Notes under the pieces: model-generated | Databases searched by the model: none | What the model saw: only the letters and a program-made list of their open reading frames with translations | What the model was told of the DNA's origin: nothing | Shown here: positions 13,253-26,970 of the stretch, piece after piece | Layout of the letters: each line of letters begins with the position of its first letter | How positions within the stretch are numbered: the stretch's first letter is position 1 | Program-made: the position numbers and the translations under genes | Origin: the human T2T-CHM13v2.0 reference genome, Homo sapiens | Strand: one strand, 5' to 3' | Assembly: GCF_009914755.1 (NCBI RefSeq) | Contig: NC_060936.1 | DNA: 64,000 bases

Positions 13253-14053
13253 ATGCCTGCTCTCACCCATTCCTATTCAACACTGCAGTCGGTGTTACAG
13301 CCATTTTGATAATGCAAGGCAAAGACATAAAAGGCATTAACATTGGAAAAAAGGAAGTAAAATTTGCACATGATATGATAATCTTTATATAAAATCTGAT
13401 GATTTTCTAGTAATTGAGAACTAGTAATTGAGTTTAGCAAGGTTGCAGGATACAAGATCATTATACAAAAATCAATCACACTTCTAAATCCAGTCAAAAA
13501 CAACTAGAAATTGGAATATTAAAACACAATACTATTTACAATAGCATCAAAAGTAAAAAGTGTTACGGGATAAATCTGACAAAAAAGTGATGAAATACTT
13601 CTAGAGTAAAAACTACAAAACACTGCTGAAGGAAATTTAAAAAGAGCTAAATAGGTGGAGAGATATATCCTGTTCATGAGTTGGAAGACTTGGTATTGTT
13701 GTGATGGCAATTTCCCCCCAAATTGAACTATAGATTTAATGCAATTCTGATCAAAGATCCCAGAAGGCTTTTTTTTTTTTTTTGGTAGAAAGTGATGTTT
13801 ATTCTAAAATTCATAAAGAAAGACAAAGGACTTAGAAAGCCTTTGAAAAATAATAAAGTTGGAGAACTAACACTATGTGATTTCAAGACTTATTATAAAA
13901 CTACAGTATTCAAGGCAGCATGGTATTGGTATAAAGACAGGAATATAGATCAATAGAACAGAATACAGAGTCTATAAATAGATCCACACATAAATGGACA
14001 ACTGATTTTTGACAAAGTTACAAAGGCAATTCAGTGGAGAACAGATAGTCTTT
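13253..14053 (+). mobile_element. L1M ORF2 segment in inverted orientation (decayed)
   Basis: ctattcaaca...ggaagtaaaa...gatttcaagacttattataaaactacagt...gcaattcagtggagaacagatagtctttt. Confidence 0.85.
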
Positions 14054-14678
14054 TGCCCACTTTAAATAGGGTTGCTTTATAATAACACGGAGTTTCCTTT
14101 CAAAATTGAGTTTTGAGAATTTTTTTATCTTCTTATTTTGGAAACCATTCCTTTATAACATATGCATTTTGTAAATATTTTCTCCCAGTTTCTTGTCTTT
14201 TCATTTTCTTAACCAAGGCTTTGAAAGAGCAGAAGTTCTAAATTTTGATGAAGCCCAATTTATCAGCTTTTTTCTTTTATGATTTGTGTTTTTGTGTCCC
14301 ACATGAGAAATCTTTGCCAAACTTGAGTCACAAAGATTTTCTCCTATGTCATCTCCTGAAAATTTCATAGTTTTAGGTTTTACATTTAAGTCTATGATCC
14401 ATTTAAAGTTAATTTTCGTACAGGGAGCTAGGTATGAACTGAGGGTTGTTTTATTTTGCATATAATGTCCATTTTTTCTAGCCCTCTTTATTGAAAAAGA
14501 CTTTTTTCTATTGAATTGCCTTTGCACCTTAGTTGAAAATCAATTGACCATATACGAGCAGGTCTATTTCTGGATTCTCTGTTCTGTTCCATTGATCTAT
14601 GTGACTATCCTCTCACCAATACCACACTGTCTTGATTACTGTAGACTTACTTTATAGTAAGTCTTGAAATCAGGTAAT
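14054..14678 (-). mobile_element. Second old L1M ORF2/3' fragment
   Basis: Covers the same L1 region as 10080-10370 and 13870-14050, so it is a distinct copy or duplicate. Confidence 0.8.
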
Positions 14679-14682
14679 AAAA

Positions 14683-15035
14683 GCCTGAGGGCTTTTCTCA
14701 GTTTGAGAAGTTTTTGCCATCTAGAGAAGCTAGGAACGAAAAATAATTTTGTTTTCAAGTCCAGCAGATCCTGGCTCCTTTATATTTAATAGCTTGTTTT
14801 AGTTCGTTTCTTTCCTTTTACATTTTATCATAGGTAGCAAGAAAAAGCCAGATAACACTTTTAATATTCTGCTATAACAGTGAGTTCACTGGATACATGT
14901 CTTCTTTCTATGTTACCGCAGGTGACAAACTTTCCACCACCACATAACAAAGATCCCCTTTCTTCCAGTTTCTAATAACGTTTTTCTTAATTCGGCACTA
15001 ACATCCTTCTCAGGACTCTACAAGCTTTTAGTATG
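14683..15035 (-). mobile_element. MLT1 internal sequence (right part)
   Basis: cctgagggc...tttgagaag...ccagcagatcctggctcctttatatt; appears to continue 7203-8108. Confidence 0.6.
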
Positions 15036-15089
15036 TCCAAGGCCCTGCCGAGGTCTCTGATACCTGGATCTGGCCCACAGCCTCTTGCA

Positions 15090-15521
15090 CAGTTACAGTC
15101 AAATGGAGCTGGTGCTGGGCTAGCAGGGGGCAGCTGGGTGTTCCTGAGCCTCTCTCTCTCTGCATGGAGTCTCCGGGCTCTCTGTGCAGTCACTCTGCAT
15201 AGGCTAGTTTGGGCTTCCTCACAACATGGCAGTCTCAGGTTGGCCAAATTGCTTACATGGAGGCTGTAGGCTTCAAGAGTGAGTTTTCTAGGTCACAAGG
15301 AGGAAGCGGCACCATCTTTTCAGACTTAGCCTTGGAAGTCACCTATGGATGGAAGCCACTTCCACCATACTCTATTGCTCCAGGCAATCCCAAACTCACC
15401 CCAATTCAAGGAGAGGGGACAGCGACTCTTACCTCTTGACAGTAGAGTGGCAAAGTACTAGAAGAACGTTTGGGAATACGAGATATTTTGTGGCCACCTT
15501 TGGAAAATACAATCTACCACA
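15090..15521 (-). mobile_element. MLT1 (H-type) LTR
   Basis: gctagtttgggcttcctcacaacatggcagtctcagg...tttggaaaatacaatctaccaca. Confidence 0.78.
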
Positions 15522-16344
15522 ATAAGGAAAACCCTTCATTTAGGAAAAATTGTTCTTAATGCATAATTTTAAAAATCTCTCACGTCCCATAATTATTTAA
15601 TGCATTTCCTCTTTTGTTGTTCTTGAAGTTTCCTCTGGGGATTTAGCTATCAAAACCAGAGGTATGCTGGAGGTAGCTCACACTGGCTCATGAAAGCCAA
15701 TTGTTAAACTTTTAGAAATTTTGCAAGCTAGTTGTTAAACAGCAATTATTTTAAATTAAATTATATAACACTCAAAGAGATTAAATTAAAAACATATAAT
15801 AAATGATGCACTACTCATTACTTTCTGATTATTTTATAAATTTTGCTATTATCTATGCTCTTGAGATTAAAGTCTATTGTATCTATATGGTGGAAATAAT
15901 GTATAATGTTGGGTCACTCACTGTGCCTCTCTTTCCAACTTCACATTCAGTGACTCTATCTTGTTAGCTTGAATATAGCCATGGTGGGAATATTTACACC
16001 ATGAAAATAGACAGATGCTACCAATCAGGGCTTTGGCTGATTGTCTAGACCTCAGAAAGAAATGAAGAAAATGTTATAATACAGATTAAATTTTAAAGTG
16101 TGTTGTGTTATACCCATTACATTGTGAACAGCAATAAAAATTGGAGTAAATATTCTTCCAGTATTAAAAACTATTATCCAATTTAGCAAAGAAGTTGATG
16201 GCTGAGTCAAGTTTCAACATATGTCTTCATTGTCTCACTTTCATTTTACTCATTAATGGAAATGAAAAATCAGCCAACATTCATGTTGGAAATACACTCA
16301 TGGTTGGGGTGCAACTCCATTTGTCAAATCATGGTTGGCTTGCA

Positions 16345-16522
16345 GCTCGGATAACACAGAGAGACCCTATCTCTAAAAAAATTTTTTAAAAAAATCATTA
16401 GCCTGGCATGGTTGGTGGGCACCTGTAGTCCCAGCTACTGAGGAGGATTCCTTGAGCCCAGGAGTTCAAGATCAGCCTGAATTATATCAAGATCCCATTT
16501 CAAACAAATGAAGGAAGGAAGG
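16345..16522 (+). mobile_element. 5'-truncated atypical Alu (left-arm end + FLAM_A-like monomer)
   Basis: TSD aaatcatggtt(gg/aa)cttgca 16326-16344 and 16523-16541. Confidence 0.75.
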
Positions 16523-16683
16523 AAATCATGGTTAACTTGCAATTACAGATAGATAATAGCTACAGAGATTGGCAAAACTAAATGAAACTTTATTATTATT
16601 TGCAAAATTTGCACCACACATCCTTTAAATCAGTAAAATTCATCACACAAAAAAGTATGTATGTACATGCATACATGTATACA

Positions 16684-16865
<182 letters not shown>

Positions 16866-16914
16866 TGAAAGAATGACAGTTTTCATTTACTGAGAAGTTC
16901 GTGAATGTTGGAAA

Positions 16915-17160
16915 ATAATAATAGCTAATATTCATTGTGTGCTGTTCTAAGCCCTCTACATGTCTCATCACATTTAATCCTCACAAGAGCCTGCGAGGTG
17001 GGTACTATTATTAATACCATTTTCAAGATCAAGAAACTGAGACACAGAGGGGTAGAATAACTTGCCTAAGGTCACAGAGCTGAAAAATGACAGAACCAGG
17101 ATTTAAAGTCATGAAGACTGAATCCAGAGTCTGTGTTCTTAGCTCCTGCTCTGTGCTGTT
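16915..17160 (-). mobile_element. MIR
   Basis: aataatagctaatattcattg...tttaatcctcacaa...gaaactgagacacagag...aaggtcacagagct. Confidence 0.88.
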
Positions 17161-17239
17161 TCTCCAAGGGTAACGTGCTATCTTGGAAAGGCATAAAATA
17201 ATTTTAACGATTCTACTGACAATAAAATAGCTAATTTTT

Positions 17240-17547
<308 letters not shown>

Positions 17548-17559
17548 TTAAAAAAATGA

Positions 17560-17765
17560 ATTACTTTCATTGTGTCAGGCTCTGTGCTAAGAGATTTGCA
17601 TGTTCTGTCATTTAACTTCCAAATATACAATTTCTGCTACTATCCCCATTTTACAGGACAGGAAAATGAGACCCACAGAAGTTCAAGTCACCAGGCCAGT
17701 TATTGTTGGGCTAGCACTTGAAGCCAGGTCTGCCTGAATTTAGGGCCTCAGCTCTTTCCCACGCA
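17560..17765 (-). mobile_element. MIR
   Basis: ccccattttacaggacaggaaaatgagacccacagaag. Confidence 0.75.
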
Positions 17766-18454
17766 TTTTTAGCCCAGAACCAAGCTGTTCATAAAAGGTG
17801 TGCCTGCAAATAGGAAACTAGAGAGCATGGGCCCTCAGAGAGAGCTCTGAACCCCATCTTCGACCTCGAACCTGTCCTTGGACTGAACCTGTCTTTAGGA
17901 GGTCTGCCCATACGGATGAATCTGGAGCAGAGGCCGGGCTCAGCAGGAGAGCTTCACAAAACTGAGATTCGATGAAGCAGAGCCCCGTTTTAAGGGCTGC
18001 ACAAATCCACCCGGAGCCTTCCGTGTTCTCTCTCTCTCCAACAGCCTCCCTATGAGGAGCAACTGTAGGGACCGAGAGACAATAGCAGGCTGGGCCATGG
18101 GGAGGGATTTTTTTCCCGGGATCTCAGTGGAGATGGGGAGGTAGAGTGAGGGAAGGAAGCAGCCAGGCAGAGAGGCGCGGGGCTTTATTAATTAATTGAG
18201 GGAGAGACGTAATGGAGGGTGGAATCCACAGAGGGAAAGCGGGCTCCATCTCGAGTTTATGGGTCATTTTTCTGGTGGCAGTTCAGTTGCCCCAGAGAGG
18301 ATAGCACCTCGGTCTGTCGCCTCCTGACAAGCACTAGGGGCCCTCAAGGCAAGTGGGATGTACCCCACTTCTGGCCTGCAATAGAAAGAACTCCCTTCCC
18401 GGATTCCAGGCGCGCTGGCTTTGGCCACGTGGAATGGTCATGGTGGGCTGCACT

Positions 18455-18640
18455 GGGAACCACATTGCAGGTTCGAATCCCAACTGCACTGTGTAGGAGC
18501 TGCGTGACCTTGAGTGAATTGGTTGACCCTTCTGTGCCTCAATCACCTCCCCTGTGAAGTGGGAACAACAGTACCTTCCTCGTAGAGTTGGGACGAGGAT
18601 TAAATGCTTGAAATGATGCCAGTCCCACAGTAAAGCTTTC
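18455..18640 (+). mobile_element. MIR
   Basis: ggttcgaatccca...gtgaccttgag...ctgtgcctcaat...gaggattaaatg. Confidence 0.8.
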
Positions 18641-19009
18641 GGCAAAGGATGGGATTATTGGACCTGGGAAGGAGAAGACAGGTGCCTCAGTTTACCACGG
18701 ATTCCACATGTGACCCAAATGCCAGCATGGGGGAAAGGAGACGTCTCCTTACCCCTTAGGCCTGGACAGTAAGTGGACTCCATCAATTCCACAGCCTGCC
18801 AATTTCTGGTAAATTCCTGTGTTCTTTTCTCCTCCACGGCCTCCTTCATCCACCATCTCTGCTCCTCCATGGGTACCTACGCAGACCCCAGAGACATCCC
18901 AGGGTCCCTCGGACACTCGCAGCTTCAGTTTCCCAGCATTGATTGCACTGCTCTGGGGAACAGTGCCCGTCCCTCCCCAAGGGCCCGAGGGCTTCTGGGA
19001 AGTGACATC

Positions 19010-19450
19010 CTCTTCCAGGGGTGGGGCCTGTGGCTGAGGTCTGAGCCAATCAGGATAATCCCTACCCCTTGGCTACAGTGATTGGCCCAAGGATGGGCAT
19101 GTGACCTGAGCTTGTTCATCGGAATAAAGATGAATGTTTTCTACAAATTGAGGGAAGAGACTCCTTTGCTTGCTGGTCTAAAAAAAGGAATGATCTTTCT
19201 CCAGGTGCTGCTGACAGCCATCGTGTGCTGCGGAGGAAGATTGCCTGAGAATGGAGCCATTCAGGAGGAAATGGGGCAGAGAAATAAAGAGAAATCAAAT
19301 CCCATCTTTTCAGTCCCGCTTCCCTCACTCCCTCATCCATTCTTCCTGGCAGACTATTCAGTTGTGCTTTTTAAGATTTATTCTGTTTTTGTTTTTCACC
19401 TAAGACGGTTTAGCTTGTTTGTTTTTCTCTTGTTTGCAACCAGTGTGTTC
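19010..19450 (+). mobile_element. MLT1K/L-like LTR
   Basis: ccaatcagg...ctacagtgattggcccaaggatgggcatgtgacc; gcctgagaatggagcc. Confidence 0.7.
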
Positions 19451-19796
19451 TAGCGGTTATTACGAATTTAATAGACTTTATACAAGATTTTGTAAAGGGC
19501 AGAAAACTCAAGATTGGACAGTGACTTTCTCCTAGGACACTATCTTGCCGGTGCCCTCACCTCAGTCTCCACCCTGGATCTCCGATTTTGTCCCTGAAAC
19601 TTCAAATTCTTTTCCTTCAATTATACAATGCAGCAGCTCTCCTTTCAGTAGTGCTACTTTGTACCCTACCCTGGGGAAGAGGTAGCTCATATTCGAACCT
19701 GAGCTCTTGGCAAGGTCTTTTTCCAGATCTAAGGCAGTTCCCTTCCTAAGGGAGAGTCAGATGCCACTGAGGAGAGAGAAAGGTAGTCGGAGGGAA

Positions 19797-20450
19797 TGTT
19801 ATGGCAGACACTGTGGTTGCTCACTAATGTAACATCCCTTCTCTTCTTCCTTGCTGTAAGGACTCTAATCTTGTTCCGGGATTTAAGGAAGGTGGGTTCA
19901 GCCTCTGGCTTAGAGGATGGGCATGTAACCCAGTCTGACCAGCAAGGTATAAAGGTCAATTTATGGGCAGTCTGGGAAAGTTTTTCTTCCCCGATAAGAG
20001 GAAAACATAAGGGGATCTCTCTGCTCTAAGCCTCCAATTACTTCCTTCTCCAAAAGCAGTTATGTGAGGATGTGATGCCTGGAGCTGTGGAAGCCATTTT
20101 GTGACCATGAGGAGAAAGCCAAGAGAATAACAGAGACACTATCCCAATGTCCTGAGTATTGTTCAGCTATGAAACTAACCCTGGAAACTCCTTGGGCCAC
20201 ATAGTAGATATTTTAAGTTTTGCCAGCCATATGTCTCTGTCATGACTACTAAACTCTTCATTTATATCGTGACAGCAGCCTTTGACAATATGTTAACAAA
20301 TGGATGTGACTATGTTCTGAGAAAACTTCATTTTCAAAAACGGGCTAAGGGCCAGATTTGCCCTGTGTGCCACTGTTTGGCACAACCTGTATTTTTGGCC
20401 ATATTAGCTGGATTTGCAGTTACTTGCACTCAAAGCATTTCTAACAGAGC
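19797..20450 (+). mobile_element. MLT1I/J-like LTR, interrupted by MER58
   Basis: tggcagacactgtggttg...gatgtgatgcctggagctgtggaagccattttgtgaccatgag...gttacttgcactcaaagcat. Confidence 0.75.
20192..20389 (+). mobile_element. MER58A-like (hAT-Charlie)
   Basis: ggccacatagtagatattttaag...gggccagatttgccc...acaacctg. Confidence 0.8.
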
Positions 20451-20556
20451 ATGTATGGGCTGCCCTAGAGGGCAGTCTCTCACCCCAAACACAGCTGTGC
20501 TCACAGGCTCAATTGCCACTTGCTGGAAGCAACAGCTTATTTTCTTCTGTCTACCA

Positions 20557-21125
20557 ACATTCATTCACTCAACAAACGTCTATTGAGTGCCTACTCTGTG
20601 TCAGGAACTGTTCTGATGCTGGGGCTAAAATAGGAGATGTTGAACCCTTTCCTTGGGGAGTTCTCTTTATATAACATTGGGAATCAAGAAAGCCTTCCTA
20701 GAGGAGGTGATAACTAAGTTAGCTCTGAAGGGTGAATAAGAGTTAGGAAGATAAAGGGCAAAACATGTGGGCCTGGGCGGGTAGGAGGGCATTCCAGGCA
20801 AAAGTAAGAGGGGACATGGCGCATATGTGATTAGAAAATGGAAAATGAGGGAAAGAGTGGAGGAGAGTGAGGCCAGAGAGGTTAAATGAGACCAGATCAC
20901 ATGTGAGCTGGTAGGTCATTGGTTTTCACAGTGAGATGGGGCGATTGATTGGAGGTCTTTGAACAGAGGGGGACATCAACCACTGACAGCTGCCTGGGCT
21001 AGGGTGATGAAGAGGTCATGAACAGGAGATGGCCTTGAGAGATTCCAAGGGGTAAAATAGGACTCGAGGATAAAGCAGATGAGGGAAGTGTCTAGGATGA
21101 CATGCAGGGTTCTGATTCTTAACTA
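20557..21125 (-). mobile_element. L2 3' region
   Basis: cattcattcactcaacaaacgtctattgagtgcctactctgtgtcagg; gccttcctagaggaggtga. Confidence 0.85.
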
Positions 21126-21142
21126 TTTTGTTGTATCTCTAA

Positions 21143-21464
<322 letters not shown>

Positions 21465-21964
21465 CAGAAAGTATTTTTGAGGCCTTTGTGCAGTGGCTTT
21501 ATCAGAAACAAAGGAGCAAAAAATAGACAGGAGCTTGGGCTCCTACCTCATAATCAAGTTTTGCCTTGCATTTGTCCCAGAAAATTCACTGGATTAATTG
21601 GACTTCAGCACAATTGTCTTAATTTATAGCATTAAGTAAAATCTATATATGTCAAGATGCAAAGTGCAGGAATGTAATGGGGACTGTCACAGAGGCTGCT
21701 ACATCTGCAGTATTCTTTCCTAACTGCCTAAGACCATGGGGGAGGACATGGTCTAAGAGCTATGCAGGAACTAGGAAGGGACCTGGGCCTCGACCAAAAT
21801 TACATGAGAACACCATGTGTGCCAGGCAGTCCCTGAGTCCAGGGACTATTTTACTAACGACTAACACTCTACTCTACTAATCTATTTTAAAATTTCATTT
21901 TAATGGTTATCAAAATACTGCAGATACATTGATTTTTTTAAAAAAAAGTCAAACAGTCCTTATA

Positions 21965-22400
21965 TTTGCTATGGATTGCACATGGCTGCAAGTAACAGAA
22001 AACCCGGTTGCTGGTAACATAAACTATAAGAATTGATTTTAATATTTTTGTGTTATTCACAACCAGAGGTCCAGACGTGAGCAGTTTGTTAAGTGGCTCA
22101 ACAGCATCAGGTCAGATGTGTTTCCATTTTCTTGGCCTTTCCCTCATGATCACAAGATGGCTGCTGCAGCTCCTTAAGTCATCAATCACATCTGTGTTCC
22201 AGGCAGAAGGAAGGTAGCAAAGACTTTCCCAGAAATCCCCAGCAGGTTTCTGATTGTGTTATTGGCAAGAGCTGTGTCTTAATTACCCCCAGCTGCAAGG
22301 GAGTTTAAGATGGTGAGAGTTTTTCTTTTTTTTAGCTTTTCAGCCTGTATAGTAGAAAGTCAAGATAAAGGAGGTTGGGATGGGTGTCAAGTGGTCAGTA
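21965..22400 (-). mobile_element. Old MLT1 LTR
   Basis: gctgcaagtaacagaaaaccc; tcacaagatggctgctgcagctcc; ccagctgcaagggag. Confidence 0.72.
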
Positions 22401-22714
22401 TCCACCATGGTCCCCGTTCCCTGTCCCACCTCTCCTTATCCTGAGTTCTCACTCTCCTGAAGTAATTCTCTTCCTCCATTTTTCTAAATAAAATGTTTAT
22501 TCTGTAATTTCTTGATTTTTTCCTCCATTCAGATACTGATTGTCTCTCAACTATGAAAGGTAAAGATATCTTCCCTCATCACTATCCCCACATGCCACGC
22601 ACATGCCACACACACACACAGTCTTCACCACTTCATATTCCAAGTATAGATTGGTGCCATTTAAATTTTTAAATTATATTTTATTTCTACTTTATGTTTA
22701 ATATTTTAAAATTA

Positions 22715-23270
22715 TTTAAGTGACAAACAGTACCTTAGGTGATCAAGATCAACATCAATAGTGATAAAACATGTTGATAATATATGTACCATTGGTATGA
22801 TGTAATGAAAATGGCACGTTACCATTGTGATCTTCCTCCTAAACACCCACAACTTAGGCTAATGGTGAGAAAAACATTAGACAAACCCCAGTTGAAGGAC
22901 ATTCTGTAAAATACTTGATCAGTACTGTTCAAAACCATCAAGGTCATCAAAAACAAGGAAAGTTTAAGAAACTGCCACAGTCAAGAGGAGCCTAAGGAAA
23001 TACATACAAATAAATGCAGTATGGATTCCTGGATTGAATCTTAGAACAGAAAAAAATCATTAGAAGAAACTAAGGCAATCTTAATCACCCATGGACTTTA
23101 GTTGATAATAATGTATTGAGATTGGTCCATTAAATGTAACAAATTTCACGTCAGATAGTAATGTCAGATGTTAGTGATGGGGGAAACTGGATATGGAGCA
23201 TATAGGAACTCCCTAAACTATATTATTAATTTTCCTTTAAACCTAAGACAGTTCTTTAAAAAGTCTATTC
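22715..23270 (+). mobile_element. L1MC-type 3' end
   Basis: ggtgatcaagatcaacatcaatagtgataa...agacaaaccccagttgaaggacattct...ggaactccctaaacta. Confidence 0.8.
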
Positions 23271-23311
23271 AAATATTGAATTAATATTTGATGGTTATAT
23301 TATGATGATTG

Positions 23312-23492
23312 GGTTTTGTTGTTGTTGTTTTCTTGTTGTTTTGAGAGACAGGGTCTCACTTTGTCACCTAGGCTACAGTGCAGCGGCAGAATCATGGCTC
23401 ACTGCAGGCTTGACCTCCCAGGCTCAAGCAATCCTCCCACCACAGCCTCCCAAGGTTCAGGGATTACCGGCATGGAGCCACCATGCCCAGCC
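23312..23492 (-). mobile_element. Alu monomer (FRAM-like or recombined)
   Basis: Right-arm 3' part joined to a left-arm-like 5' end; TSD tgatgattg. Confidence 0.8.
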
Positions 23493-24731
23493 TGATGATT
23501 GTTTATATTATTCACAACTGGGCCACTTCGTGTGCTATGACTATAACATTTTGTTTTTCCTAGAGTTAGCCATTGCCTCTTTTTTTTTGTCTTCTGTGTT
23601 CTTATCAATAACTCACCCCAGGCTCTCTGCTATTCTTATAAATCTCTCAATACATTCAAGAACACTGAGTAATTTATCAGTTTAATTTATTTTTTGGCTT
23701 CAAGTGCTACTGCATTGTCCTAATACTCCATTGTCGTAATACTCCCTCATTCAGATGGTAGCAGGGTTTTAAAACACTAAAGTAGTTTTAAATCTATCTT
23801 TTAAAAAAAAATCTCAATTTTACTGCTGGAGAAGGCTGTAGAATTCATCAGAGAAAGAATAGAAATTGGGCATTCCTCTAACCACTGAACAGTTCTTTCC
23901 TTCCAACACCTAGCTCCTCTTAGCACATTTCTTTGTGTATTACAGTCAGAAAATAACAGGATATTGGACTTTCCAGGGCTTTTCAGTCTTTGGTTTAGGA
24001 CTCTCCCTTAGGCTGATGGACAACAATTATCATAATAGCTACCATTTCTTGCATATCGTCTGGATGCCAGGCACTGTGCCAGGCACTTACATGCAGGATC
24101 TTATGTGACCTGCATAGCAACTTACTAAATTTGTCACCTTGGGTGTGGCACATGCCCAGTGAAACACCATCCTCAGGATTATTGTTTCAACCTGCCAACT
24201 TTATTCATTTATCTCCCTGTCTAGCCCCCTAGATGCCATCTGAGGCTTTGACATTCTTCTCTAGGAAAGACCATATTTCCAAGTTCCAGATGGAAAATGG
24301 ACTGGTTATGGCCAGTCCCTGTGGCTTCCTATGGCAGCTTAAAGGGCTCATCTTGCAGGATCCTGCCCTGGGCTCCCTCTTCCTCCTGTGTGCCGGATAT
24401 GATGACAGCTGTCAAGAGGGACAAGGCATTTCAGGTGGGAAGTTTTCTAGATCCAAAATGGGGATCAGAAGTCACAACTCCAAGCACCAGGGCTTGCCCT
24501 GGGGCTGACTTCTCTTGAATCATTTCCTCTGAGATTCATGTTTTCCCATAAGAACCACTTGAATCCCCTCTTATTAGTCTCCCTCTGTCGTGAGCACTGG
24601 CTGCACCCCTGTTCCTGTGTGTAAATTCTCCTGCTTCCCCAAGGGCTGTTTCTTGGCTGAGGTTTATCAGGCATCAGAGCATCTACTCCACAAGGTCACA
24701 TGACTCTGGCATCTTCCCACTCATGCATTTC

Positions 24732-25415
<684 letters not shown>

Positions 25416-25484
25416 ACTTTTGCTCTCTGTCCCCCTAGTACCCACCAATGCTGCATATACCTGGAATGATGCTGCTTTTCACCC

Positions 25485-25645
25485 CATTCCCACAAGGTGG
25501 GTTTCATTGCCATCTCCATTCTACAGATGTGGGAACTAAGGTTCAGAGGGGTGAAGGGACTTGTCCAAGGAAAGAGGTTTGGAAAGTGGTGGGATCGAGG
25601 TTCAAATCCAGGTCTGTCTGGAATGAACACCAATGAGCCTCAACC
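25485..25645 (-). mobile_element. MIR
   Basis: ccattctacagatgtgggaactaaggttcagaggggtgaagggacttgtccaagg. Confidence 0.8.
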
Positions 25646-25908
25646 ACAAGGCTTGGGGTCTCTGAGGCCCAGTCTTGGTTCCCAAGGTGCATGCAAGGGT
25701 CTTCTGTCTTCCCAGTGGTGGTATGCATTGATTCCCCAGGATGATGAAAACTTGCTGTACCCCCTTCTCCATTTATCCACAGATAAAAGAGGCAGAGATT
25801 ACCGTGAAAGCTTCCTGATGGTGTGAGAGAGTCACAGAGGTTCAATCTCACATCACATGACCCAGCTTTGTTCTCTGCCCATTCACTAACCACTATCTGT
25901 ACTAATCT

Positions 25909-26950
25909 CTGGCGGGAGCTGATTGGACCAAGCTAGGCTCCTGGCTCCGGCTGGGCCAATCGGATTCTCTCCTCTACTCTCTCTTTCTCTGTCCTCTAGC
26001 TGGGCTTGGGTCAAGGTGAGGAGACAATCAGCCCAAAGCGGACCCCGAGTGGAAGGTGGTTGGTGTCCCAAAGGCAAATTAGGGTGCTGGTATCTGAGCA
26101 GGAAAAAGAGATATCAGGAAGGCCAAACAACAGACATTCCCTGTGGGCATAAAGTTGGTACTTGCAAAACAGCGCCAATACCTGGATATTCCTGTTACCA
26201 GAAAAACAAAGAGCTGGATCGCCTTCCCAGTTTCTCGGAAGGACACCGTGGTGTTTCTGAGGGAAGGTCATCAGGGCCCAGAAAAGTCGTTTTCTTTTCA
26301 GCCCCCACCCCGACCCTGGTTCCCTGAAAAGGTTGGAAGAGCTCCATCCCGGCCCTGTGGTGATGCCAGGCGATTATGTCCAGGGCACCACGTCTGGACT
26401 AGTTGACCGAGAGATCTCGAGATCCCTTCTCTCTCACCACAAACCTCAGCCAAGAAACAGCCCTTGGGGAAGCAGGAGAATTTAGACACAGGGACAGGGG
26501 TATGGCCCGTGCTCAGGAAAGAGGGAGACTAACGAGAGGGCATTGGCAAAGAGATGGTGATCCCTTTCCTTCCCCACTCCCCTCCACACCCCCCCCCCTT
26601 TTTTTTTGAGATAGGGTCTTGCTCTGTCAGCCAGGTTGATCTCAAGTTATCCTCCCGTCTCGGCCTCCCAAAGTGCTGGGATTACAAGCATGAGCCTCCC
26701 CACACAGCTTTTCTTTTCCCCTTGTTCTCTCCCTCCCTCCCTCCCTTCTGCCTCTCTCTCATTCCCCCTCTCTTTCTATCCCTCTCGGTAGCCCAGATTC
26801 TCCCTTCCCACACACGTGGCCTAACACCACTTCCCCACGGCGCCCAAATTTCCTTCCTTTAGAGGTCTCAGTGCAGCTTGAGTAGAGGAGAGAATCCGAT
26901 TGGCCCAGCCAGAGCCAGGAGTCCATCTTGAGCCAATCAGCTCCAGCCAG
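25909..26950. repeat. 71-bp inverted repeat (arms 25909-25979 and 26880-26950)
   Basis: Manual alignment 64/71; inner 31 bp perfect; MLT1-type CCAAT module. Confidence 0.9.
26599..26708 (-). mobile_element. Deleted Alu monomer
   Basis: gagatagggtcttgctctg...ctcccaaagtgctgggattaca. Confidence 0.8.
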
Positions 26951-26970
26951 GGTGGGGGTCACGTGATTTC
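26895..26970. promoter_or_regulatory. Candidate NF-Y/E-box module
   Basis: ATTGG 26899-26903, CCAAT 26933-26937, GTCACGTGA 26958-26966; motif only, no functional data. Confidence 0.35.

Noticed and set aside
14201-14527. 108-aa ORF resembling the L1 ORF2 C-terminus (KINFKWIIDLNVKPKT)
   Set aside because: Decayed L1 fragment, not an intact or host gene.
13860-14678. Inverted homology between 13860-14053 and 14500-14678
   Set aside because: Explained by two diverged L1 ORF2 fragments in opposite orientation; no sign of homogenisation.
15120-15134. CTCF-like motif ctagcagggggcagc (similar ctaccaggtggcag near 60036)
   Set aside because: Mismatch at a core position; such matches are expected by chance without ChIP data.
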